Virus record (IMG/VR): IMGVR_UViG_3300028364_000014
Coordinates: 173,911 to 237,910 of that record
Length of the DNA: 64,000 bases
Reading direction: 5' to 3' (one strand)
In this document: positions 9,683-17,455 of the stretch, piece by piece
Position numbering within the stretch: position 1 is the first letter of the stretch
How the letters are laid out: each line of letters begins with the position of its first letter
The notes under the pieces: generated by a model
Database searches by the model: none
What the model saw: only the letters and a program-made list of their open reading frames with translations
Told to the model about the DNA's origin: nothing
Program-made: the position numbers and the translations under genes

Positions 9683-10542
9683 GTAAATATTTGATCCTTA
9701 ACACATCTAAGTTCATAATACCCACAACCAGGGAGCTTGTGTACGTCCTTATGACATGTTTTGCATAAAGTAATGGTGTTAGCCACATCATTTCCTAAAC
9801 GTGGATTCTGGGTGTATCCTTCGATGTGATGGCAATGAAGCGGAGCTTCCTTTTGGATGGCTCCGCAAATTTGGCACTTCCAGTTGTCACGCTCAAAACA
9901 CATTTGTCTAACTAGAGGATTAACTTCGCGGGATGATGCAGGTTTGAATTCTTTAGGCCATAATTTTTGATTATACACAGGACAAGCTTCTTTACAATTA
10001 TCTGAACAGTATAATGAACATTCACCTTCCATCTGTCCTTTAATTGTTTTAATTCTTGAACTTACTTCTATATTTGTAGGTATAAAGTATTTACCACAGT
10101 ACCTACATTTAACTTCTAAAGAGATACCATCTTTAGAAAGTCTGGGTGACTCATCAACAGTGAGTTTATCTTTATAAGTTTTATAAATAGCAAAATTATT
10201 ATTGTATTCAATACTTCGTGCTTTTATTACTTCTTTATTCATTTCTTTATATATTTTATTTTGTTTGTTTATTTTTATTTTATTATGTGTTCTATATTTA
10301 TATTTTCTACTGCTTATTTCTTTTTTATTGTTATTATAATATTCTTTGTGTTGTTTATTTATTTTTTCTTTGTTATTTTGATAATATAATTTCATAAATA
10401 AAGAGTGTTCTTTTTTATTATTATAATAATAACCTTTCTTACAGTCTTTACATATTGTATAAATACCATCTTTGGAATTCTTATCCTTACTGAACTCACT
10501 AGAATCTTTAACTTCTTTACATTTTGTACACATTTTTTCCAT
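9679..10542 (-). CDS. HNH homing endonuclease (paralog of 48087-48938 and 15369-16394)
   Basis: CTKC..CTICKDC N-terminus; C-terminal CQIC...LHCHHI...N..TLCKTCHKDVH. Confidence 0.85.
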   Translation of the reverse strand: MEKMCTKCKEVKDSSEFSKDKNSKDGIYTICKDCKKGYYYNNKKEHSLFMKLYYQNNKEKINKQHKEYYNNNKKEISSRKYKYRTHNKIKINKQNKIYKEMNKEVIKARSIEYNNNFAIYKTYKDKLTVDESPRLSKDGISLEVKCRYCGKYFIPTNIEVSSRIKTIKGQMEGECSLYCSDNCKEACPVYNQKLWPKEFKPASSREVNPLVRQMCFERDNWKCQICGAIQKEAPLHCHHIEGYTQNPRLGNDVANTITLCKTCHKDVHKLPGCGYYELRCVKDQIFT

Positions 10543-10595
10543 GTAATTTCTCCTTATAAGATATCTAGTTACTCCACTATCTATAAGAAAGTTAG

Positions 10596-10757
10596 TTAAC
10601 TATCACTAAAAATAGGGTAAAGTTCTTGCATAATAACTATTAAATCATCTTGCATTTTTAGTTCCTCTATATTAGACCAACCCATACCATCACTTATAAT
10701 TACCACAGTGTAATCGTCGTAAGGTTCAAGACTTTTTATTAATTCTTTTTTTGTCAT
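10596..10757 (-). CDS. small hypothetical protein (53 aa, not in the ORF track)
   Basis: MTKKELIKSLEPYDDYTVVIISDGMGWSNIE...; fills the gap and starts 3 nt after the upstream stop. Confidence 0.6.
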   Translation of the reverse strand: MTKKELIKSLEPYDDYTVVIISDGMGWSNIEELKMQDDLIVIMQELYPIFSDS

Positions 10758-10759
10758 AC

Positions 10760-11536
10760 TTATTCCTTATAATTAGATGTAATATAATCATACATAATTT
10801 CTTCTACTAGTTTTTCAACTTTTTCTGTCTCTGGTTTTTCTGGTAAATCACACTTTTGATAAATTTCTTTGGTTTTTTCAAATAACATATCTGATTCACT
10901 TTTAACTTCGTCTAGAGTCCATTTACCATTCTTAATATCAATAAGTTCCTGAGAATCTTTAGTTCTATAAACAGTTAACTCGCCTGTGTCTAAGAACTCA
11001 TAACCCATACGAAGTAACCTAATACTATGACTTGCCATTTTTGAATCGTAACCTACTTTATCGACCAACCTCTTTCTTTTAGCCCCCATATAACCTTCAA
11101 ATTTTAACTTATTAACCCTTGCTAGTTGCCCATGAGCATAACCTACATAAGCATTGTACGCTCTCTTAGACGAGAATAAATCCCTATTATTTAGCAAAGC
11201 CTTACCATAAATATTTGTTTTTAAATAGTGGTCTTTGTGCAACCACAAAATAGGCATTACATTAGGGTTAGATTTTAATAACATACTTATCATTTTTTTA
11301 AATTCATAATGAACTACGTCATATTGTCCTATAAAACTTTCTTGTACCTCTTTAATTTTTCCTAAACCAAGATACTCTAATACGGGAGCAAAGTATACAC
11401 CCATAAGGTCAACATCATCAGAGCTGTTTGGTTGGTCAGGAGGTATAAACGTATTGTGGGAAACACTTCCTCTATATGTTGCCAATAAAGTTCTATCATT
11501 GAACATCTCCAACATCTTTTCTTTCTCTCCCATCAT
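10760..11536 (-). CDS. DNA pol beta-superfamily nucleotidyltransferase (RlaP / T4 NrdC.11-like)
   Basis: YRGSVSH...SDDVDLMGVY, KSNPN, YVGYAHGQ, YDSKMASHSIRLL. Confidence 0.8.
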   Translation of the reverse strand: MMGEKEKMLEMFNDRTLLATYRGSVSHNTFIPPDQPNSSDDVDLMGVYFAPVLEYLGLGKIKEVQESFIGQYDVVHYEFKKMISMLLKSNPNVMPILWLHKDHYLKTNIYGKALLNNRDLFSSKRAYNAYVGYAHGQLARVNKLKFEGYMGAKRKRLVDKVGYDSKMASHSIRLLRMGYEFLDTGELTVYRTKDSQELIDIKNGKWTLDEVKSESDMLFEKTKEIYQKCDLPEKPETEKVEKLVEEIMYDYITSNYKE

Positions 11537-11849
11537 TAATCACCTGTAATCCTTTACTATCTATTTTAAACCCATTATCCCTAGCCGCAAAAAACCGTGA
11601 GGTATGTTTAGATTTTTTTAAATTAGTAACATAATCAATTTTATCTTGAGACATTGCACTAGAACCAAAGAACAGTCCTTCGGGGTCATTTCTATAATCC
11701 CACACGCCTCCTAAACTTTCTGAACCATCTTCTTCAATAATTACTTCCAAAGCAAGACCCACGGGGTGAAAAAACTGTCTGTTAGCTTCTTGTAAAAACC
11801 CTAATTCTCTAAACTCCTTTATATTCATTCTTTTAATATCTTCGGGCAT
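11496..11849 (-). CDS. hypothetical protein
   Basis: 117 aa; LQEANRQFFHPVGLAL motif familiar from phage proteins. Confidence 0.6.
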   Translation of the reverse strand: MPEDIKRMNIKEFRELGFLQEANRQFFHPVGLALEVIIEEDGSESLGGVWDYRNDPEGLFFGSSAMSQDKIDYVTNLKKSKHTSRFFAARDNGFKIDSKGLQVINDGRERKDVGDVQ

Positions 11850-11851
11850 CC

Positions 11852-11998
11852 CTAATTCTCCTCATTTAAAATATCTATTGCGTAATCATATCCTTCCCAG
11901 TTATCTACCCCCGCTTGTTCTAAAGCCCTCATAAAACTTGAATCCTCTAAAAGACTTTCATACTCTTTAACTGTAATTGTTATAGTTTTTTCCGTCAT
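11852..11998 (-). CDS. small phage protein with LEQAGVDNWEGY motif (48 aa, not in the ORF track)
   Basis: Manual translation MTEKTITITVKEYESLLEDSSFMRALEQAGVDNWEGYDYAIDILNEEN; GGAG upstream. Confidence 0.7.
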   Translation of the reverse strand: MTEKTITITVKEYESLLEDSSFMRALEQAGVDNWEGYDYAIDILNEEN

Positions 11999-12036
11999 TC
12001 ACCCGTCTCCCTACATTTAAAATTTCCATTTTAACC

Positions 12037-12675
12037 CTATACATAATCTTTACAAATACCAAAAGTTTTTCTATGTAGTTTATTTAAACCATAAGTCTTA
12101 ATTGCGTCTCTATGTTTTTGGGTACCATATCCTTTATTGTTAGCTATGTCCCAAATATTGTAGTAATCGATATCAGGTAAATTTAAAATAGCATTATCTC
12201 TATAAGTTTTAGCTATTATAGAGGCCGCGGCTATTGATAACACTAAAGCATCTCCACCTACAATCGGCTGTTGATACTCATTTACCATCTTAAGATTAAT
12301 AGGACCGTCTATAAGCACACAGTCATAATTAATATCGTTATCCATATATAATTTAGAAAGAGCCAAAGCCATAGCCTGTTCTGTTGCTCTAAGAATATTT
12401 ATATCATCTATAACATCAGGACCAATTTCACCTATACCATAAAAACAATTATCTTTAATTAAATCAGCAAGTTCATTTCTTTTTTTAGCGGTAAGTTGTT
12501 TAGAATCATGCACTTTATTTAATAACTTGGGAATGTTTTGTTGAGGTATGTATACAGATGCGGCTACAACACTACCCCATAAAGTCCCTCTAGCACACTC
12601 ATCTATTCCTACCACACAGGAGAAACCCTTACCATACATCTCATTTTCTAAATCATATGTAGGATAAGCCTTCAA
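12037..12675 (-). CDS. rnhB: ribonuclease HII
   Basis: GIDECARG, DSK, LIDG, GGDA..LSIAAASIIAKTYRD, KGYGT, HRKTF. Confidence 0.92.
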   Translation of the reverse strand: MKAYPTYDLENEMYGKGFSCVVGIDECARGTLWGSVVAASVYIPQQNIPKLLNKVHDSKQLTAKKRNELADLIKDNCFYGIGEIGPDVIDDINILRATEQAMALALSKLYMDNDINYDCVLIDGPINLKMVNEYQQPIVGGDALVLSIAAASIIAKTYRDNAILNLPDIDYYNIWDIANNKGYGTQKHRDAIKTYGLNKLHRKTFGICKDYV

Positions 12676-12680
12676 TATAA

Positions 12681-12917
12681 TTATCCAGCCACATTGGATC
12701 TAAATCTGCTCAAAACATCTGGTTTGCTATAAGCATTAGAAACTGCTTCATCTCTGCGGTCAGCTGTATGTACAACTCTATCTGTTTTATTTATTTCTCT
12801 CTGAACATCAAACACATAGTCATCGCACTTTCTACTCTTATTAAGTTTAATTGTTGTTTTTTTAATAAGGCATTTTCTATTAGATTCGTTCTTACAAAAA
12901 GCACATTTAATTTTCAT
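12681..12917 (-). CDS. small Cys-rich hypothetical protein
   Basis: 78 aa directly downstream of a promoter copy. Confidence 0.5.
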   Translation of the reverse strand: MKIKCAFCKNESNRKCLIKKTTIKLNKSRKCDDYVFDVQREINKTDRVVHTADRRDEAVSNAYSKPDVLSRFRSNVAG

Positions 12918-12961
12918 TATCTATCTCCAATATTTAAAAATGTCATTTAATCTTATGTTAT

Positions 12962-12989
12962 AATATAATACTTAAGTTTAATTTGTCAA
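12962..12989 (-). promoter_or_regulatory. promoter TTGACA-N16-TATATT
   Basis: aatata 12962-12967, tgtcaa 12984-12989. Confidence 0.8.
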
Positions 12990-13002
12990 GTATTTATTTT
13001 TT

Positions 13003-13128
13003 TTAATACCTCATAATATACACAGGTGAGTCATTCATAATACTAAAGTATAAAACAGGTAATTCTATAAACGCTATAAGAAACGTTAATACTAGTATAG
13101 CAATCAACACACTACATGCTTTAGTCAT
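13003..13128 (-). CDS. small membrane protein (41 aa, not in the ORF track)
   Basis: MTKACSVLIAILVLTFLIAFIELPVLYF...; AAGGAGG upstream. Confidence 0.5.
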   Translation of the reverse strand: MTKACSVLIAILVLTFLIAFIELPVLYFSIMNDSPVYIMRY

Positions 13129-13145
13129 TAGAAATTTAACCCTCC

Positions 13146-13748
13146 TTACTTCAATCTATTACCAATCTCAATATTTCGTATAATATCTTGCCAAGTATTT
13201 ACCCTAGTAATAATATCCGGGTTAAAATTAAGCCAACTATTCCAAGGACGAGTAAGCACCATTAACCCTTTACGCCATCTAAGCTGTGCTTGTGCCATTT
13301 CTTCTAAATTAGGAAGACAATCATCGACATAACAATCAAGTTTATATTTCTTAATATGTTGTCCTTTCTCATTACCGTCAGTCATAACCAACTTAGTAAA
13401 CGGTATATTATTATGACATAACCAAGTAGCAGTAGAGTCTTTAAAATCATGCTCACGTTTAGTTATAATATAAATTTTATGACCTGATTTATTTAATATA
13501 TTTAAACACTTAACTGCATTTTTATAGGGCTTTACTGTAGCCAACATATCCTCTGAGTGAACAGCCCATGTCATAGCACTACACATAGCTTTCTGTTTTT
13601 CCTCATTCGCTGTAAATATGTTTTTTTGAAACCAAAAATGATTCAAATCTTCTACCTTAGCATTTGTACCAAGCTCATAATTACAATAATCTATAGCCAT
13701 GTGAGCTGTCTTACTTATTACTTCATCCAAATCAAAACCTAGATTCAT
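13146..13748 (-). CDS. HAD-family 5'(3')-deoxyribonucleotidase (NT5C-like)
   Basis: GFDLDEVI, IITKR, YVDD, TRPWN. Confidence 0.8.
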   Translation of the reverse strand: MNLGFDLDEVISKTAHMAIDYCNYELGTNAKVEDLNHFWFQKNIFTANEEKQKAMCSAMTWAVHSEDMLATVKPYKNAVKCLNILNKSGHKIYIITKREHDFKDSTATWLCHNNIPFTKLVMTDGNEKGQHIKKYKLDCYVDDCLPNLEEMAQAQLRWRKGLMVLTRPWNSWLNFNPDIITRVNTWQDIIRNIEIGNRLK

Positions 13749-13757
13749 TTAATCTCC

Positions 13758-14078
13758 TTAAACATCAGCGTTATAAATATTAGAACCATCTTCGTCTGCT
13801 ACAACCAATCTACCGTTATATTCAATATTTCTTTTATAAGGTCTTGGGTTAAATGAATCTGTTTTAACAGCATAATGTATCTGACATCCTGCCACTAGCA
13901 TGTTACCAATCTCAAGATACCAATTAGTTGACCCTTTATTAGTTTTAATTCCTAAAGTTTCTTCATCGTTTCTAATACCTTTAACCGTACCGAATACAGC
14001 TCTGTACATTTGACCATCTGGAGCAAAAAACCAACCATCAGTAGTCACTACTGCTTTTTGTCCTTCTTCTATTTTCAT
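13758..14078 (-). CDS. hypothetical protein
   Basis: 106 aa; WFFAPDG...Y.AVFG motif. Confidence 0.6.
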   Translation of the reverse strand: MKIEEGQKAVVTTDGWFFAPDGQMYRAVFGTVKGIRNDEETLGIKTNKGSTNWYLEIGNMLVAGCQIHYAVKTDSFNPRPYKRNIEYNGRLVVADEDGSNIYNADV

Positions 14079-15007
14079 TTTAATCCCTCTTCCCTATATT
14101 TCTTTACGTCTAGTAAAAATGTTTTTACACCGGCATTTGGAATAGAAAAACATTTCCCTAAGCGAATCTGCTCCATTACCCACTTATGGCGCATAGGCTC
14201 TCTGCCTTTTACTTGCCCAGTTTCTATCCAATAATTCATAAAACCACCTTTAGAATAATTAACAAACTCAAAACCTAAAACATCCATACTATTACCAATA
14301 TTATGATCATAATCTGAATAAAATTTTAATGTCTCTACATTTACTGTATGTTTTCCTATTTCTATAGTTTTATAATTTTTTATAAAATGTTTTAGTAATT
14401 TAGAAGCACCACCCATAACGTAATAAAATTTTAAAGTACCAACTCTAAGTACTTCTATCATAACATTTGTTTTCCCAAAGAAATTTCTTCCAAAGGTATA
14501 TAACATTAATAGGGTACCTTTTTTTACTCCATTTTTATCTTTTTTAGCATACAAACCTAAACTTAAGCTAGCTCCTCTTTTACCATAAAAACAATTTTCT
14601 GCTTCAAAAGCCCTACCCTCTTTTGTACCTACCTCTTTAATTATACAGTCCCTAGCATAAAATTTATTGGGGGTTACTCCGTAAACATGAAGTATTTGCG
14701 ACTGTAAAACTGATTTTTTTCTTGGGTCATTCCATTCGAAGTCTTTAATCCACAATTTAAATGAATTATTATCTTCGGCTTCCTTGGATTTATTATAAAA
14801 GTAATCCTTATTTACACCTTCAATTCCATACTTAGGATACTCTATGGCAAAATCCAACGAGGGTACATACTCAATTTCGTATCTTCTTTTTTCAGGACCC
14901 GCATCATAAAATAAACAAAAATTCCCATACTCAGTACTATACTCCACCCCATTGTCTTCTAAAAATGTCTTTATTTCTTCCAAATTTTTAATATCGTTTT
15001 CTGTCAT
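14075..15007 (-). CDS. hypothetical phage protein, degenerate nuclease-like N-terminus plus GNAT/Mom-like C-terminus
   Basis: FYARDC..KEV...F..N...G...LGLY...GGASKLLKHF...YSDYD...G...LGF; family assignment from memory only. Confidence 0.45.
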   Translation of the reverse strand: MTENDIKNLEEIKTFLEDNGVEYSTEYGNFCLFYDAGPEKRRYEIEYVPSLDFAIEYPKYGIEGVNKDYFYNKSKEAEDNNSFKLWIKDFEWNDPRKKSVLQSQILHVYGVTPNKFYARDCIIKEVGTKEGRAFEAENCFYGKRGASLSLGLYAKKDKNGVKKGTLLMLYTFGRNFFGKTNVMIEVLRVGTLKFYYVMGGASKLLKHFIKNYKTIEIGKHTVNVETLKFYSDYDHNIGNSMDVLGFEFVNYSKGGFMNYWIETGQVKGREPMRHKWVMEQIRLGKCFSIPNAGVKTFLLDVKKYREEGLK

Positions 15008-15079
15008 AAGCCCCTCTAGTAATTAAAAGTTATAATAGATAATTATATTATAGTGTTATTTTACTTAACGTACTCACAC

Positions 15080-15107
15080 ATTATAAGCATCTTTTTAGTT
15101 TTGTCAA
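15080..15107 (-). promoter_or_regulatory. promoter TTGACA-N16-TATAAT
   Basis: attata 15080-15085, tgtcaa 15102-15107. Confidence 0.8.
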
Positions 15108-15240
15108 GGTTTGTTTATTCTTATATTTAAACCCCTCTACAAACCTTATAAATATTTTATGGAGTAACCCCGATAACTCTGCGGATTCAGTTACTAAGAA
15201 GAATTCCTTAATAAAATAAATTCAGCACAGTAATATTAAA

Positions 15241-15332
15241 GGGGGAGTGAGGGGTTCGATACCCACATACGGTAACTGTACGACCTCTACATTCTGCCCG
15301 TCTCATTTAAGTAACCTCTTGTTAAACTCCCC
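15241..15332 (-). ncRNA. 92-nt tRNA-like element (degenerate class II, tRNA-Tyr-like)
   Basis: Perfect 7-bp GGGGAGT/ACTCCCC terminal stem, T-arm-like GTGGG-TATCGAAC-CCCTC, variable-arm-like hairpin, GCAGA-AT-GTA-GA; GC-rich island just downstream of a promoter; anticodon stem does not pair canonically. Confidence 0.45.
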
Positions 15333-15354
15333 ATTTATATTTTCACATGACTTT

Positions 15355-15382
15355 AATATAAACATCCTTTATGTTTTGTCAA
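15355..15382 (-). promoter_or_regulatory. promoter TTGACA-N16-TATATT encoded in the last codons (LDKT*) of the HNH gene
   Basis: aatata 15355-15360, tgtcaa 15377-15382. Confidence 0.75.
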
Positions 15383-16394
15383 GTATTTTATTTTCTGTTC
15401 TACAGTTATTAACACTTTTCTTCTTTAGTTCCGGCAGCGTACACCCGTATAGTTGATGTGCCACATTATAATGACAGTCTTCACACAAGCCCCATAAATT
15501 ATCTTTATCAAGCTGTAAATGGGGATGAGTAGATACTGCTTTTTCATGGTGTAGATCTGTTATTTTATTTTCACCACACATTTCACATATACCATTAGCT
15601 CTTTTTATTATTTCTTCACGCAGTTCTTGTGGTATAAATTCTCTAAGAGATTTAGTAGGTATAGCCCCATGACTGGCATATATCGGACAAGCTAACTTAC
15701 ACTCTTCAGAACAATAAAGACTATGTTCACCTTGACCTATATTTTCTAAAGCATACACTCTATGATATACCTGTTGTTTAGTTGGAATAAAATAATTTCT
15801 ACAGAACCTACATTTTACCTTTAACGAATTACCGTCTTTAGCTAGTTTAGGGGATTCTTCTTTAGTTAATTTATAATGAGTATTAGTATATATAGCAGAA
15901 GAATTTTTATATAATTTTTTGTATTCTGTTAGATCTTTTGCAATACTTATTTTTTTATTACCAGATAAACATTTTTTAGAACAATTTTTAGAGCAAAATA
16001 ACCATCGTTCTGATCTACCTATTGAATTTAATGCATTTAGTCTATTTGATACCCTTACTGTAGTTGGAATAAAGTAGTTTCTACAATATTTACATTTTAC
16101 TTCTAGAGATACTTCATCTTTAGCACATCTTGGTTGTTCATCTATTGTTAATTTTAACCCATATAAATTATATTCAGCAGGTTTTGTTTGAAAAGATTTT
16201 TGACTTTGTCTTCTAAACAATTTTTGTTTTTTTGTTAAAATCCTAGGATTATTCTGCCGATTTTCTTTTTGTTTTTTGGCTTCACATACTTTACACCAAC
16301 TTCCTACACTGAAAGATCTCTTCGCATATGAACCTACTTTCCAAAATTCCCACAGTGCTTTATGTTTTTTACATTTTGTACAAATTTTCCACAT
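15369..16394 (-). CDS. HNH endonuclease with a duplicated Zn-binding module
   Basis: Two copies of P..AKD..SL.VKC..CRNYFIPT...C...C; C-terminal CEMC...LHHE...N...LCEDCH...H. Confidence 0.85.
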   Translation of the reverse strand: MWKICTKCKKHKALWEFWKVGSYAKRSFSVGSWCKVCEAKKQKENRQNNPRILTKKQKLFRRQSQKSFQTKPAEYNLYGLKLTIDEQPRCAKDEVSLEVKCKYCRNYFIPTTVRVSNRLNALNSIGRSERWLFCSKNCSKKCLSGNKKISIAKDLTEYKKLYKNSSAIYTNTHYKLTKEESPKLAKDGNSLKVKCRFCRNYFIPTKQQVYHRVYALENIGQGEHSLYCSEECKLACPIYASHGAIPTKSLREFIPQELREEIIKRANGICEMCGENKITDLHHEKAVSTHPHLQLDKDNLWGLCEDCHYNVAHQLYGCTLPELKKKSVNNCRTENKILDKT

Positions 16395-17410
16395 TATTTA
16401 TATCCCCATTTAAATCCACCTGCGGTTTTTTGTTTCCCTCTACACACCTTATAAATACCTTCATAATGAATACCAATTATTTTAGCAGCTTTCATTGCAG
16501 ATGGGTATTCTTTAATGAAATTTCCTTCCAGGTCGTACTGTATTGTAGGTTTACTCACAGCTTTTTTTAATTTATTAATATTATCTTTACTTGGTGTTCT
16601 TTTAATATATTCTGGAACGTTTTGTTTTTCTAATGGGTCATCTATATACCGCCATAAAAATTCTTTAGGTAATCTGGTCTTCCCTTCACAGTTATTTAAT
16701 ATTAAAGTAGCACTTAAACCAGTGTCTTGTGAAGCTTTTGTAATAGATGAGTACCCTTTAATTAAATCCCCATCTAAATCATATTGTAAAACAGCCTTTG
16801 GTTTTAGTAAAGTATTCCTAATTAAATTAATATCTAATTTTTTCTTAAAGCCATCAGATTTTAATCGCCACACAAACCCACCAACCTGTTTAACTTTTTT
16901 ACCGTTACAACAATTAGATATATTTGGTCTATCAAGTCCTAATTTTTCAGCCGCACATCTAATAGACTTCCAAGCCTTAATAAAATTACCATTTAAATCA
17001 TATTGTAGTACCGCTTTATTATTCTTTCTAACTCTACTGTTTATAGTATTTTCAGATTGTTTATGTCCTGAACAACCTCCGCCCCCTGACGTAGAGTTAT
17101 ACCCGAAATGTTTATTAAAAGTATTATATTTATTTATATAGTAACACTCAAAAGTATTTAATTCAGCAATATTGTTACATCTAATTATAATATCAATCTT
17201 AAAAGCGTCCAGTCCGTACTTCTTCATTGCCCTATACAAATAGTAATCTTCTCCATTTATTGCGGATCTACGATGTTCATTCATACGTTTTGTAAAATTA
17301 ATAGTTTGCCCTATGTATGACTTACTATTTATTGTATTAGTTAATTTGTAAATAACTCCAAATATTTTCATAATATTTAACTCCTTATTAGTAATATTTA
17401 TATAACACAT
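16394..17410 (-). CDS. GIY-YIG homing endonuclease with NUMOD1 repeats
   Basis: VIYKLTN...YIGQT...R...H...E...GYN; three VLQYDL.G.FIK...S...A repeats. Confidence 0.9.
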   Translation of the reverse strand: MCYINITNKELNIMKIFGVIYKLTNTINSKSYIGQTINFTKRMNEHRRSAINGEDYYLYRAMKKYGLDAFKIDIIIRCNNIAELNTFECYYINKYNTFNKHFGYNSTSGGGGCSGHKQSENTINSRVRKNNKAVLQYDLNGNFIKAWKSIRCAAEKLGLDRPNISNCCNGKKVKQVGGFVWRLKSDGFKKKLDINLIRNTLLKPKAVLQYDLDGDLIKGYSSITKASQDTGLSATLILNNCEGKTRLPKEFLWRYIDDPLEKQNVPEYIKRTPSKDNINKLKKAVSKPTIQYDLEGNFIKEYPSAMKAAKIIGIHYEGIYKVCRGKQKTAGGFKWGYK

Positions 17411-17455
17411 ACCTACTACTAATAAGGAAGTTAGTTAAATATATATATATATATA

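Noticed and set aside
15241-15332. Canonical tRNA, tRNA-Sec or tmRNA call
   Set aside because: Anticodon stem unpaired, no TCA anticodon, no G3-U70 pair, too short for tmRNA; kept only as tRNA-like
17439-17455. (TA)n run after nrdJ
   Set aside because: Short microsatellite in AT-rich intergenic DNA with no supporting structure
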